Of a DNA stretch of 64,000 nucleotides, positions 37,926-49,852 are shown one piece after another. A program made the translations under genes and the position numbers. The stretch is from Camelus dromedarius. Its lineage: Eukaryota. A model generated the notes under the pieces. That model saw nothing but the letters and a program-made list of their open reading frames with translations. It was not told the DNA's origin and searched no databases. The stretch is taken from assembly GCF_036321535.1 (NCBI RefSeq), contig NC_087463.1, positions 16,802,001 through 16,866,000 of the forward strand. The letters run 5' to 3'. Position 1 is the stretch's first letter. Every line of letters starts with the position of its first letter.

Positions 37926-38734
37926 TAAGAAATACAACATGGCATACAAGAGATCCCAGGACATAAAATTTAGAAAGGGTTTGAAAATGGTTTTTCAAAG
38001 CCTTGGGGGAGGAGGGGAATTATATGAGGAAACTGGCATTCTTGATCTTCTAGAAATACAGAATTTTTTAATAGACCTAGTAAATGGGCAAAGGAGCAGT
38101 TTTTGTTTGTTTGCTTGTTTTGTCTTTTTGACAAAACAGAAGTAAGACACTCTAACTCCAGTCTCACAGTAAATCAGTTTCTTCATATAAGTAGAGTGTG
38201 AGGAGAATTAAAACATCTTGTCCACTGTCTCCTACTGTTCTTTCCATGACAGGTCAATGTTGCTTGTCCCACAAGGACTGGCTTAATGGCCTGCATCCGC
38301 AGCATGCTGTGTGATTCATTTTCTTTGCAGGAAAGTCAGTCATCACTTTTATAAACATTCGCAGTCACTGCTCTTCTTTGCTGCAGTGTTCCAGTGACAC
38401 GTCCTCGCTGTTTTGCTAAGCAGCAGGGTCTGTGTGCTCTGCCAGGACAGCAACTAGCCCTGCTCATCTCTGGGATGACTCCAGCAGGGAAATTAAAGCC
38501 CAGAACATGGGAGAGCAATGATTTGGTCTGTGGTGGGTTAGGCAGGGACCCGACTGAGACCACAATGATAAAATATGTTTTGAGAATAAACAAAGTGAAG
38601 GGGGCAAAGAGCAAATTAGGCGTCAGAGCAGTGAGAGGAGAGCATCAAGAATTAAGAGAAGAGTATTACTGATGGTCAGGGGATATTCGGAGAAAAGAGG
38701 AAACAATGAGAAACAAGAATCTGTCGAGACATGT

Positions 38735-39065
38735 GGAGATCTAGATCTGAGTAGCCATGTAACCTCATGCAACTCTCTTCACTTCTCTGAGTCTGTTTTT
38801 CATCTGTAAAAATAATAACGGCTAATAACTGTGTAACATTTACTATCAGGCAGGCTTTGTTCTAACTGCTTTGCATGTGTCAACTCATTCTATCATTACA
38901 ACCCGATGAGTAGGTACCAGGAATGTTACAGAATAGGAAACTGGAGGAACAGAGATTAAGTAATATTTGCCCAAGGACACCCACCTAGAAAGCAGAGGAC
39001 TCAGAATTCCCACCTGGGTAGCCCAGCTCCAGGGCCCATGTGCTCAGCCACTGTGCCTCTCTGGG
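38735..39065. mobile_element. Two MIR SINEs: plus (~38735-38830) and minus (~38830-39065)
   Basis: cttctctgagtctgtttttcatctgtaaaa; ataggaaactggaggaacagagattaagtaatatttgcccaagg. Confidence 0.75.
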
Positions 39066-41000
39066 GAAGAAGAACGCTGAACTACAAAACTGACAAAAAG
39101 ACAGACTTTTTTTGTTTCTTTGATTTCCGAGCCTTCATAAACCAACACTGTTGTAATACTATTACCAATATGAAGTACTAGAAAAATGAGCACAGGATTG
39201 GATGTTCCTGCAATGTCAAATTACTACAATAGTTTCTAAATGCTTTCCATTTCTGTACTTTTATCACAGACCAGTAACAAACAGTTCCTGGACCAGCCCT
39301 GGTCCATCAACCACACTATGTGCAGCACTAAACTGATGATCTTAAAACTCCAGCTCTGTGGTTCTAAAGGGCAAATTCTGAAAAGCTGTCCAGGTTCCCC
39401 CTTCTCTACAAAAACTCAATCCCAGTAGAGGTTACAATTAAACCTAAATAAGGCACCTGAAACAGTGCCCACTTCCAGTTAGACATCTGACCTTCATTTA
39501 CAAGCATCTGCTGAGCAACTGCTTTGTTTCTGGTGTTGTATCACGTGTCAAAGACAGAAGGATAAAGATACAGCCTTTTACATAAACTCAAACTCTAGAA
39601 GGAAGAACAAAACCTACATCAGGTGCTACAAGATTGCCACCAGCGTTGATAACATTGAAAGCGGTAAGAACAAAAAGAAGAGACATTCTTTCCTCTCTAC
39701 CTTCAGCCCCTTTCAAGGAATAAAAGGAACAAAACCTGTAATTCCCAAATCATCCTTTCTACCACCTGGGTATAGGGTGGGGTGGTGTCAGGGTGGCATA
39801 AAAATATAATCTCCAATCAAGTCAGAGCATCAGTTGGGCTCTAGCTTTACCCATGCTACTGCAACTCCAGACCTCTCTCTCCTTAATATTTCCACCAATG
39901 AGGTCTAGGTGGTCCAGGAAGATGTCTCATGTGTACGTAATTACTCCTCTTGATGCCTAAGGGACATCACGGTTGTTTTCCTCCTACTTTGAGATGTTTC
40001 AGTGTGATGGTGTCTTCTGTTTCACATACAGGTAAATGATAGCTCAACCACTGATGGCCACTAGAGTCTCCTGCACCCAACAAGGAAGGTCCCGCTACCT
40101 GGTCAAGTGTTCCCTTTCCCATCACCATAGAAGAGCCTTATTGATACTGATGCCTTTTGATTCAATATCTCAGCTGTCCTAGCTTCTGTCTGTTCTTCCA
40201 CGGTGCTTGCTTCATCTCCCCTGAACGGAACTGAAGTCTCTGTTCACAGGGTGGGAGGTGGGAGGACACCAATGGACTCTATATGGAATCCCACCTCTCA
40301 GACACCAGCCCAAGTCTCTGTAGATGTGCATTTCATCTCACCCTCTGAGATGAAGTCATCCCAGTTCCCTTCGTTCTCTCAAATAAAATGGACCCACTAG
40401 CCCTTCAGACATGCCTGACACAGGCTTAAGCTAGAACACCTGTTCAAAAACATGCCACTGGCTCAACAATATGCCTCCCTCCCCTTTTCTTTATTTTTAT
40501 GATCACCGCTTATTTACGCCACAGTGACTCCCAACTTCAATGAGCCTCCACAACACTTCACCCAGCAATACATCTTAGTGCAGACAGCACTGGAGAGTGT
40601 TATACGGGACTCTGGGTGGTAATGGGGCTTTTATCTGAATCTCTGGGAGATATGGATGTGTGCAGAGAACCACAAGCCTGTGACTTCTTTGTTATACACA
40701 GGCAAACAAGGGAACTTTTGGAAAATCAGAGTGTGCTAGATTTTAAAATAAAAACTGTATTTTAAAAAGGCCTAGAAATTACCTAGCATATATATGCATT
40801 CAATAAACGGTAGCTCTATTATTTTTCACACAGTTTTCGCCATTTTGAAAAGGAAAAAGAAACATTTTTGTTGTTTTCATTTGGATTTCTTAGATTATTA
40901 ATAAGGCTGGACTTTTTTTAAAGCTTGTCTTTGCTTTTTATATTTATGTCTTTTATCTGGTTTGGTAGCTTCTTGATACTGCTGTCTTACCTGGCTTCTC

Positions 41001-41115
41001 TAAGGTGATCAAACTTCCCAGTTTGTCAGAGACAGTCCTAATTACGTACGCTGTCCCAACTGATGATTAATATGATCCCCTTTCATTTAGAAAGATAAAC
41101 TACACGGCTGCCCTA
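41001..41115 (+). mobile_element. MER81-like MITE (hAT-Blackjack)
   Basis: Termini taaggtgatc...ggctgcccta; internal cccagtttgtcagagacagtcc and gattaatatgatcccctttca. Confidence 0.7.
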
Positions 41116-41564
41116 CTGTGCCCTACCGCCGCCCTCGTGTTTCGTGTGCTCTCCCACGTAACAGTACTACCATCCCCGCTGTTAATCCTTACTCTGCCCC
41201 ATTCCACTGCCAGTGTCCAAAACACTCCTCGACAATTAAACACGGTAAATTTGGGGGGAGCTAATAGTCTTCTGCTGAAAAACTTCAAAATATCTTGCTA
41301 AATAATTACATTTTGTAGAATATATGGTCTTTAATATAAATCACAACCCAGTTCAGTGCTGCAATACTCAACTTTCCGGGGCTGGAAAGAACACAGTGTT
41401 CTAAATGTGTGGAGGTCCCTTTCCCAAACCATTGTGTTCTGAAGGATGCTTTCCCCTGCTCCTGTCCTCTGTGCTGGATGACATTCAATGCCATCCCCAA
41501 GAGGAGACATGATAGTACAGAGCTGCATACATGTACCCTATTACAGCCACCTTAGGAAGACAGC

Positions 41565-41690
41565 CTTCCCACTCTCCCTACCTTCTTTCTTCCCTTCCTC
41601 CCTCCTTTCTTTCCTTCTCTTTTTCTTCCTCCCCTTATCTTACTTTCTTTTTACCTCCCCGTCGTCTTTCCTTTCTCCCTTCACCTCCTT
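41565..41690. repeat. CT-rich low-complexity tract
   Basis: ccttctttcttcccttcctccctcctttctttcc... Confidence 0.85.
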
Positions 41691-41864
41691 ATGCTGTGGC
41701 AAGGAAAAAGTTGTTTATAATTCAATTTATTTCCCCCATTTGTTATATGTTTCAAATAAACTCACTGCAGAGAATTAGAACATACAGACCAAAAGAAAAA
41801 ATTCCACACTCGTACATAACAGTTATTAACATTTTAATGTATTTTTTCTCTGTATCTGTTAGGG

Positions 41865-42118
41865 GCAGTGTAATGTACAGAGCACTGTTGGAGTCAAGAG
41901 CTTCCTGGCTCTCACGCATAGTGGCCACGTGACTTTGAACAAGCTGCTTAACCTTTCTAAGCCTCAGTTTTCACATCTGTAAAATGGGGATAAATATATA
42001 TTATTAAAATATATCATGTTATTATTTATTTCAGGATTAACAAGACAATATATATAAATCGCTTAGCACAGTGCCAAGAACAGAATAGGTGCTCAATAAA
42101 TGGTAGGCATTATTTATA
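41865..42118 (+). mobile_element. MIR SINE (near full length)
   Basis: gtgactttgaacaagctgcttaacctttctaagcctcagttttcacatctgtaaaatgggg...gcttagcacagtgcc...aggtgctcaataaatggtag. Confidence 0.9.
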
Positions 42119-43309
42119 ATACATGTTTCGTCAAACATAAGATCATACCAACATTCCAAATTTGGTACCTGGTGTTTTGCTCAACAAAATGCAAAAACTC
42201 TTTGTGATCAAATATAGATCTGCATTGTTATTTGTGGTATTTACTTCTTTGGACTGCATTTTTAATTTTGAAATATAATGAGGAAAAGCATATGTTAAAA
42301 AATAAGTAATGAATATCACAGATTACTACTACTTTAGAAACTCCCTGAGAATGATCATTTCCCTATGAATTATCACCATTCTTTCATTTCAGTCTCACGC
42401 ATGGAAATGGGGCCACTACAAAGTAAAAAGTCTGGGCCAATGATGTCTTTGGCAGCTCCTTGCTCTTATGACTCCAGCTCTTCAAACCAGATGCACCATC
42501 AGGGACTAGGACTGAGCAAGAAGCCTAATGAGCTCCAAGGAATAACACAAGCTAAATATAATATTGCTCACCAAAGCATATATTTAAGGTGATGTTTTCA
42601 TCATTTTATTTGAGCAACTGCCTCTTTGTGGGTTTGCTGTTCTATCTGGGGGACTGCGGTTTGTTGTCCCTGCTGTTGTTGCTTATGTTGTTCAACAGCA
42701 GGGATTCCGCTTGTACTGGCTTTCGTAATTGAGAAACAAGAAACCAGAAAACAGCACAGAAAATGTAATTTCCGTTTACTCTTAGAAAACAGAACCTCAG
42801 AAACAAGTTCAGGGGTAGAATCAATACAACACAAAGAGAAAGTACTGAGTTCCTCAGTATCTGACTAGATCTTCCCTGGAGAAAAGTGTGTGCGGGCTAA
42901 TTACCCGAGGACACGCATATGCATACGTACTTTTTAGGGCTCTGACGTATAGCAGTAACAGCCCTTTGCAATATGACATATGATATATTTCATAAGCAGT
43001 CTGTATGTTTCTGAATACATTTTCATACAGCATTCTATAAAAAAACAAATAAGCAAATATGATGTATATGAATCAATTAAAGGAGCCTTGGTGGTATAAA
43101 TCTTCCTGTAAGTTAACTGGTCCATTTCATCTATTAGAAGTCCCTGAAGGGACAGAAAGCACAGTCCCTGGCATTGCGGGCAATGATAAATACCTGCTGA
43201 ACTGGTCTGGAGGCAAACTGCTGTGAAATGTGGTATGGAAATCTGTATTTGGTTTATTGGCTATATAGACAAAGTATCGTCAAAGTATCCTTCAGCATAA
43301 AGCACATTT

Positions 43310-43525
43310 ATTAAGGGCTTACTGAGCACCAGACATTGTAATAAATGTTCTATATGCTGACTCCACGTTTCCCCCCAGACACCTGTGAGGGGGCTATTAT
43401 GCTGACTTGACTCTTATGGACAGGGAAGCCGAGGCCTGGAGAGGTTCATCACCTACCACGGGACCACACAGCTAACAGATGTAAGAGTGAGACTGACACG
43501 AAAGCTCTGCTCTTAATCACTTCTG
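43310..43525 (-). mobile_element. MIR SINE
   Basis: acatttattaagggcttactgagcaccagac...cagggaagccgaggcctggagagg...gctctgctcttaatcac. Confidence 0.75.
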
Positions 43526-44474
43526 TCCCAATGTTGTGGTACTTGTCCTGGAGCCATTTGCTGGCAGTGACAGCAGGTCCCAGCCCAGGCACCCAGAATC
43601 AAACCCTCCTGAAGCTCACTGATTATTTGGCTAAGACTGATGAAAAGTATTAGTATAACACAAATGAACATCATGCTGTAAGTGGACATTTTGACCCATA
43701 AAGTGAATAGTAATTGAACTTATTCCAGTTTTTCTACAATTTCATTATTCTCTCAGAATACTTTCTCTCAGGTGTCACGATAAGGACTGAGAAAGAAAAC
43801 ACAGTAGAGTTCCTATGTTCAGCCCTTTACTGTGATGATGACTGAGGACAGGACTCAAAGTCAACATAATAATATAAAAACAAAGCATTTTCACCATATT
43901 ACACACGACTTTATATGCATTCTCATTATACCTTCATGATTCCTAGAAGCATTTCTATCCTTTTTCTACAAATCAGGAAATTGAGAGACTTGCAGGAGAA
44001 AGGTAGTTACTCAAGCCACCCATCTGGGTTCACAGCCTGGCTCCATCACTTCCTATCTCTGACCTTGAGCAGAGCTGACATTCTGCCCTTGATATGATAC
44101 TGCCTCTCTTGGTGCCACTATATACTACACACGGGCCAACCTCAGACAAGCTGTGATATAGGTACCGAGATGTCCTCAGTACCTTCTGTTATCCCATACC
44201 CTGCTCTTTTCCCTCCTTTCAATGCACCCATTTCTCCCAGGTTCCCAAGGGCCCCATCCTGCCCAGGTTTTCCCCAGCGTGGAGGAAAATGCTACTCTCC
44301 TCCCTGGGATAATTCATATGGTAAAATGGACCTAACACAGGCCAGGCACGATGCTGGGTGCAGTGGACAAATATGAACAGGAAGCTGACCCTTGCAAAGA
44401 ACCACACAGCACAGCCAGGGAAAGCAGGAGGGGTGCCATTATCCTATAACAAGGAAACAGGTGGAACAAGCTGT

Positions 44475-45250
44475 TTTTAAAAATATACATAAGCTTTCTA
44501 GACATACAATTTGCATGTCATATAATTCACCCATTTGAAGTGGATAGTTCAGTGGTTTTTAACATATTCAAATAGTTGTGCAACCACAACACAATTTAGA
44601 ACATTTTAAACACCGCAAAAAGAAATCCTGCACACATGAGCCTCTCCATTTTCACACACGTCCTACACCAGCTCTAAGTAACTACTAATCTACCTTCTAT
44701 ATCTATAGATTTGCCTATTGTGGACATTTTATATAAATGGAATAATAAAACATGTAGTCTTTTGTAATTGGCTGCTTCCACCTAGCTCAATGTTTTCAAG
44801 GTTCATCCATGTTGAGGCACATAACAGTACTTCCTTCTTATTGCTGAAAAACATTCCATTGTAGGGCTAGACCACATTTTGTTGTTCTAATCATCAGCTG
44901 ACCAGCATTTGAGTTGTTTTGGCTGTTATGAATAATACTGTTATAAACATTCATATAAAAGTGCTTGTGAGAATATATATTTTAAATTCTCTTGAAATAT
45001 GCCTAGGAGTGGAATTATTGGGTTGTATGACAACTCCAAGTTTAACCTTCTGAGGAAATGCTTTGTTCTTTCTAAAGCAGCTGTACCATTTTCCATTCCC
45101 ACCAGCAGTGTATGAACCAGCAGGTTTCAATTCTTCATGTCCTTACCAACACTTGCTGCTGCCCGCCTTTTTTTCTAGCCATCCCATGGGGAGTAAAGTG
45201 CAATCCATCTCCTCGTGGTTTTGATTTGCATTTCCCAATGACTAACGAAG
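44475..45250 (-). mobile_element. L1MB-like 3' end
   Basis: tatagatttgcctattgtggacatttttatataaatggaat...gttcatccatgttg...cctaggagtggaatt...gtggttttgatttgcatttccc. Confidence 0.9.
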
Positions 45251-45594
45251 CTTGGTTTTAGACACCTGGAATACGAGATGCCTGTGAAACATCTAGAAAG
45301 CTTCTGGAAATGCAGTCTTACTTTTAGTAGAAATTCTGAACTGGAGATAGAGCCTGATGTACACTTGGAAGTCATCAGTGTAATAATCTAAAAGAAGACA
45401 TTTCCATTTGTGGGATTTAGGCACCACAGCATTAACTGGAAACTATCTAGGACATAGGATTCTCCCAAGAATTACAAATTTTACCACATGGGTAACTACT
45501 AACTCTATTCACACCTAAAACTAGCCTTCGCTAAACAAATAATAATCCAGCTTTTCCTGTTTTGAGTTATGTCTGAGGACTTTCTGATGGCGGG

Positions 45595-45830
45595 GAGGCT
45601 GTATAGCCAGGAGTTAAATGCTCTGCTTGTGGGTTTAAATCTTGACTTACACACTATATAGCTGTGCGCCTTGGGGACATTTTACTCCCCCCTCTAAGTC
45701 TATTTCCTTTTCTGAAAATGAAGAATAAGCATGCACACCTGTATCCTAAGGTTACTGTAAGGAATAAAAAAGAAATAGAACAGGGCCTGGCACACAGTAG
45801 GCACTCAATAAATGATGGTTGAATGACTGA
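45595..45830 (+). mobile_element. MIR SINE
   Basis: gggtttaaatcttgacttac...gctgtgcgccttggggacatt...cctggcacacagtaggcactcaataaatg. Confidence 0.8.
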
Positions 45831-46439
45831 AAAAAATGAATAAATTAATTAATAGAAATGAATTAATGAACACATGACTAAAAAGTACCTAGCGCAGCGT
45901 CCTGCACTTAGTAAGCGTTCAGCTGTTACTATTCATACTCAATACGTGCGAGCAGCAAAGACTGATGTGCAGCAAAGGGTAAACATTCCATTGCTACCAC
46001 CATCCCTTGACCAGAACAGAACGTAAATGGTAGATGTCTTCATATGTTCTGCCCAGTTGGCAGGTGGCTCCCGGTGGGCCTGTCAGACAGGGAAAATTCA
46101 TGTCCACAGTCACTCAGGTTTCTGAGCCGAGGAAACGTGATTTGTGAGCTGCCGTGCTCATCATCCTCTTCCATCAGGCCATTTATGGCCCTTACAATTT
46201 CACTCTTGATGAGAATGCATAAAATATTATTGGCCCCGTGGCTTACTATGTAATATACAGAACTTACAACAGACGTTATTAAATATTGTTAAATGAAGGG
46301 CTGAATGGGCGCACTAAAATGACCACATGTTGAAAGGATTCGTTAACTCTGCTGATGCCATAGAAAGTAACTGCCATATTTCCCTGCTTTCTCCTTGCAC
46401 AAAAATCATTGTTAAATAGTTTAAAGGGGCCACGCAGAA

Positions 46440-46620
46440 AAGAAGTCCTGGGTTAAGAGCACTGGCCCCAGGGTCAGGAGCCTGGGTTCAGATATTGGCT
46501 CTGGTGTTCGCATCATCTTGAGCAAGTCACTGTACTTCTCTGACATCAGTTTCATCTACAAAATGAGAGTTTGGACAGGACAGTGTCTAGGTTCCTTCCC
46601 AGCTCTGGCATTCTTTGAAA
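46440..46620 (+). mobile_element. MIR3-type SINE
   Basis: cttgagcaagtcactgtacttctctgacatcagtttcatctacaaaatgagagtttggac...ttccttcccagctctggcattct. Confidence 0.75.
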
Positions 46621-47717
46621 CCACAAGAATATTCAGTGGAGAATTTATTTTCTACTATTCTTTTTTCCCCTTCAGTGAATTCTCTACTCATTTTAGCTGC
46701 ACTGCGTTTTCAGGTTGGATTGGATGAAATGTTAAACACAGAGAATCTCAGGGCAGAATTGTCTAAATTGCTTTTATTTGGTACCGATGCCCCAAGCAAG
46801 CAGAGGACTTGGGCAGTAGAGTGAAGTGTGGCGGACAACCGCGAGTAAATATTTTGAAGCTAGATGTGGGATCAGTGGTATCTCAACAGGTGCACTTCAG
46901 TGGAGCTGGTGGGTCTCTACCGCTTCTACATTCAAACCCACTGACGTCTTGGTTTCCACCTATTCCTCATGCACTGGTTCTGCACTAGCTCTCTACCGTT
47001 TATCGTGTTTCTGCCTGTGTCTCCTGCTTCCCTTTCCCTAAACGCCTCTGACAATGATTACTCCCAAGGGACATAATGGATTTCTTCCCTGACATCAGAT
47101 GTGCTCAAGTGTGTGAATGCTGACAAGAAAAAGAAAGGGATTGATTCAGAGAAGACAGGGGAGGTGGAAAACAATTCTTCAAAGGGCCCGATTCTCTCCC
47201 CAGCACATGTACTCCTGCCACAGACACCCCAACACATTTAATACAGGAAGACAAACAGACAGACAGACGTCACCTTTAATGGACAAGTCCTTAGGGCAAA
47301 CCAACCAAAAACATGTATAGTACTTTCATTTTTTTTCAATATGTTATTTCAAATCAATTTTTCTGATGGCTGTAGATACTGAGATAGTGGTATATATTCA
47401 TTTTTAATGAAGAAAAAAATGTTTTGATCCCCATACTTTCTAAACAACAAAGTGGCAGTATTCAAGGAAAGGTTTAATCAATGAAAGAAGCAACAAAAAG
47501 CAATGTGTGGATTCCGAAACTGTCGGAGAAAAGCACAACGTGCCATATAAATGGAGTGTGTGGAGCACTCTTTTCTGTAGCCTGTTATGTACAAGGTAGA
47601 GTCCTGTATTTCTATAATAGCATGAATCTGTTCTCTTGTTTCATTGTTTCGATTCATTTTACAGTTCAAACTAAAAATGCATTTTTGTAATTAGAGTGCA
47701 TATTAGCCTACACTCAC

Positions 47718-47804
47718 ATATATGACTTTTTGCTGGTTTCACCATTTCTTAGAGCAGAAAAAAGATATTCTCCTATTTTTACAATGCTGTAAACCCTAGG
47801 AAAT
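47718..47804 (-). CDS. Putative 87-nt phase 2-2 coding exon of an unidentified gene (xFPRVYSIVKIGEYLFSALRNGETSKKSYx)
   Basis: ttttagtcag|ATTTCC...CATATAT|gtgagt with an open frame. A paralogous disabled copy at 49762-49852 differs mainly by synonymous or conservative changes. Confidence 0.35.
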
Positions 47805-48082
47805 CTGACTAAAAGTATAAAACCACTCCAATGTGGTGAACATAAAGAGGAACCAATAGGTGAGTTTACCAAGAAAAATGAAAATGTTTTTGGCATATTC
47901 CTATTCCAAATAACATATGTTTCCAGGGAAAAAATCCCACATCTACACTAGTGTATTACCTGCCACCTGTTTTTTATAGGCTATTTTAGTTTTTTCTGGA
48001 GTAAACTCTTTATTGTATTAATAAGTTTCATCAAGTATTTCAGAAAACAGTTTCCTCATTTTGCCTTCTGAATAATTCTCCC

Positions 48083-48509
48083 TGTAGTCAATTATTATTC
48101 CTAATTCTTCATTTCTTTCCTACAATAGGATTTCACATCATTTCCTTTGCCATGTGACTTCACTGAGCCCCCAGCAGTGTCAGTAAACTAATTGCTACAT
48201 TGACTTCTGGCTTAGCCATGTGGCTTCTGCTGTCCAGCAGAATGTTAATGGGCATGATGCAAACAAAGATTTTCAACTGGCTTGCATAGTCTGGCTTGAG
48301 TCTTGCGTTTCTGCCATCTGTCATGAGAAAACCATGTCCTGAGTAGCCCCTGATCCTAGAATGAGAGATACATAGAAGAGTCCTGAACCCTATGCTCAGC
48401 CTGAAACAGGTATGAGGGAAATAAAAAAAGAAAAATAAATACTGTAAACCACTAAGATTTGGGAGTTGTTTGTTACATGGCTTTATTGCAGTCAAAGCTG
48501 AGTGATACA
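48083..48509 (+). mobile_element. MaLR solo LTR (MLT1H-like)
   Basis: TG...CA ends, 3' terminus ccactaagatttgggagttgtttgttac...gctgagtgataca, and 5-bp TSD CTCCC/CTCTC (4/5). Confidence 0.85.
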
Positions 48510-48516
48510 CTCTCTC

Positions 48517-48985
48517 TGTATCAGTAACCTATTGCCACTATCATGCTGTGTAACAAAGCAACACAAAACTCACAATTTATAACAACAATCACTAATAAGA
48601 CTAAAATCAGCCGGACAGTTCTGGCCTCAATTAGGTTCAATGGAACTTAGTCATGCATCTGTAGTCAGCTTCAAGCCAGCTAGGAACATTTTGTGATCTT
48701 GGCTGGATTCTTCAACATATCTGGGAGCTTGGCTGAGACAGATGGGCTTACTCAGCTCTGCCTCACAAGGTCACTCATCTGCCAGCAGACTAGGCTTATT
48801 CTAAGTACACAAGGTATCCTGAGGCCTAGGCTTTGAACTTCTGCTTGAGGCCACTGTCACTTTTTCTGCATTCTACTGACCAAAGCAAGTCACAAGGCCA
48901 CCCAGATTCAAAGTAGAAAAAACCAACTCCACTGCTTAAGGGAAGAGCTGCAGTCACATTGTGGAGGGTTTACACACAGGGAAGG
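48517..48985 (-). mobile_element. MaLR solo LTR (MLT1G/H-like)
   Basis: Starts tgtatcagtaacctattgcc...gctgtgtaacaaa; internal ccaaagcaagtcacaaggccacccagattcaaag. Confidence 0.8.
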
Positions 48986-49761
48986 CAGGACTTAAGAAAG
49001 AACCAAACTAAAGGATGGAGCTCTTCCAGGTACTGTCTGGTTTTTTATTAGGTGAACCAAAGAAGCAATAAATACAAACTTTGCACACAGAAGTATTCAA
49101 TATATTGCACTAAAGATGGTGAGACAAAGAAACACTGAATGATTTTTGTGTCCAAAAAATGCAGTCATGCTGATAGCAATGGGATCTAGTACCTTTGGCA
49201 AAACCACTTTCCTTTCAGCATTTATAGTACCCAACTTTGATTCTTCCTTTGTGTCCCTTCAACATTCTTCTATTCTGTTTATTTCGTATAATATTTTGCA
49301 TTTAGTGAGAATGCTTTATTTTTCATTTATACACTTATGTTCCCAAAAGTGTATGATCTAAATTGATTACAATGTGATTTTAAGTCTTTTATGTACACAT
49401 TCTCTGTCAAGCCACCTCCAATTAGGGTTCCTGTTTATGTGGAGCTTACAAACTATTGTTTTTGTATTCTCCCATCTAAATTCTAAATTCAATTGGCTCT
49501 AGATTGAGGAAAAAGTGACCTCTGCACCCAGTTTCCTCTCATCTCTCTCATTTCAGGACACATAATCTTATAGCAAGTAAATAAACAAAAACAAAGAAAA
49601 TGCAAACAAAACTCAGGAAGCACCAAACAAAGTGCTGGCCATGCGGATGTGCCAGGTAGGGCATTTGTCTTAGAACATTACAGTGGTTTTCCAGAACTTT
49701 ATCCATGTCTGGCTAAATGAGGGCTTCCCAAAGTCAAGTCATATGCATCAGAAGTACTCAC

Positions 49762-49852
49762 TAATAATTTTCCATTTTAATTAGTATACTTCATAAGGCA
49801 GAGGAAAATATATTCAAGGCTTTAAACTGATGAAAAAATAGCATCCAGAAAT
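49762..49852 (-). pseudogene. Disabled paralogous copy of the 47718-47804 exon (two stops, one 1-nt insertion)
   Basis: Same acceptor 15-mer and GTGAGT donor. Translates xFLDAIFSSV*SLEYIF[+C]SAL*SILIKMENYx. Confidence 0.45.

Noticed and set aside
47543-47554. CArG (SRF) box CCATATAAATGG
   Set aside because: It has eight A/T between CC and GG, whereas a CArG box requires six.
47718-47804. Assignment of the duplicated exon to C5orf46, the TM4SF/L6 family or an NLRC3-type LRR exon
   Set aside because: Only short, gapped resemblances from memory (FP..S.., LEYI/VEFI, SI...G...L..AL). This is not enough to name a gene.
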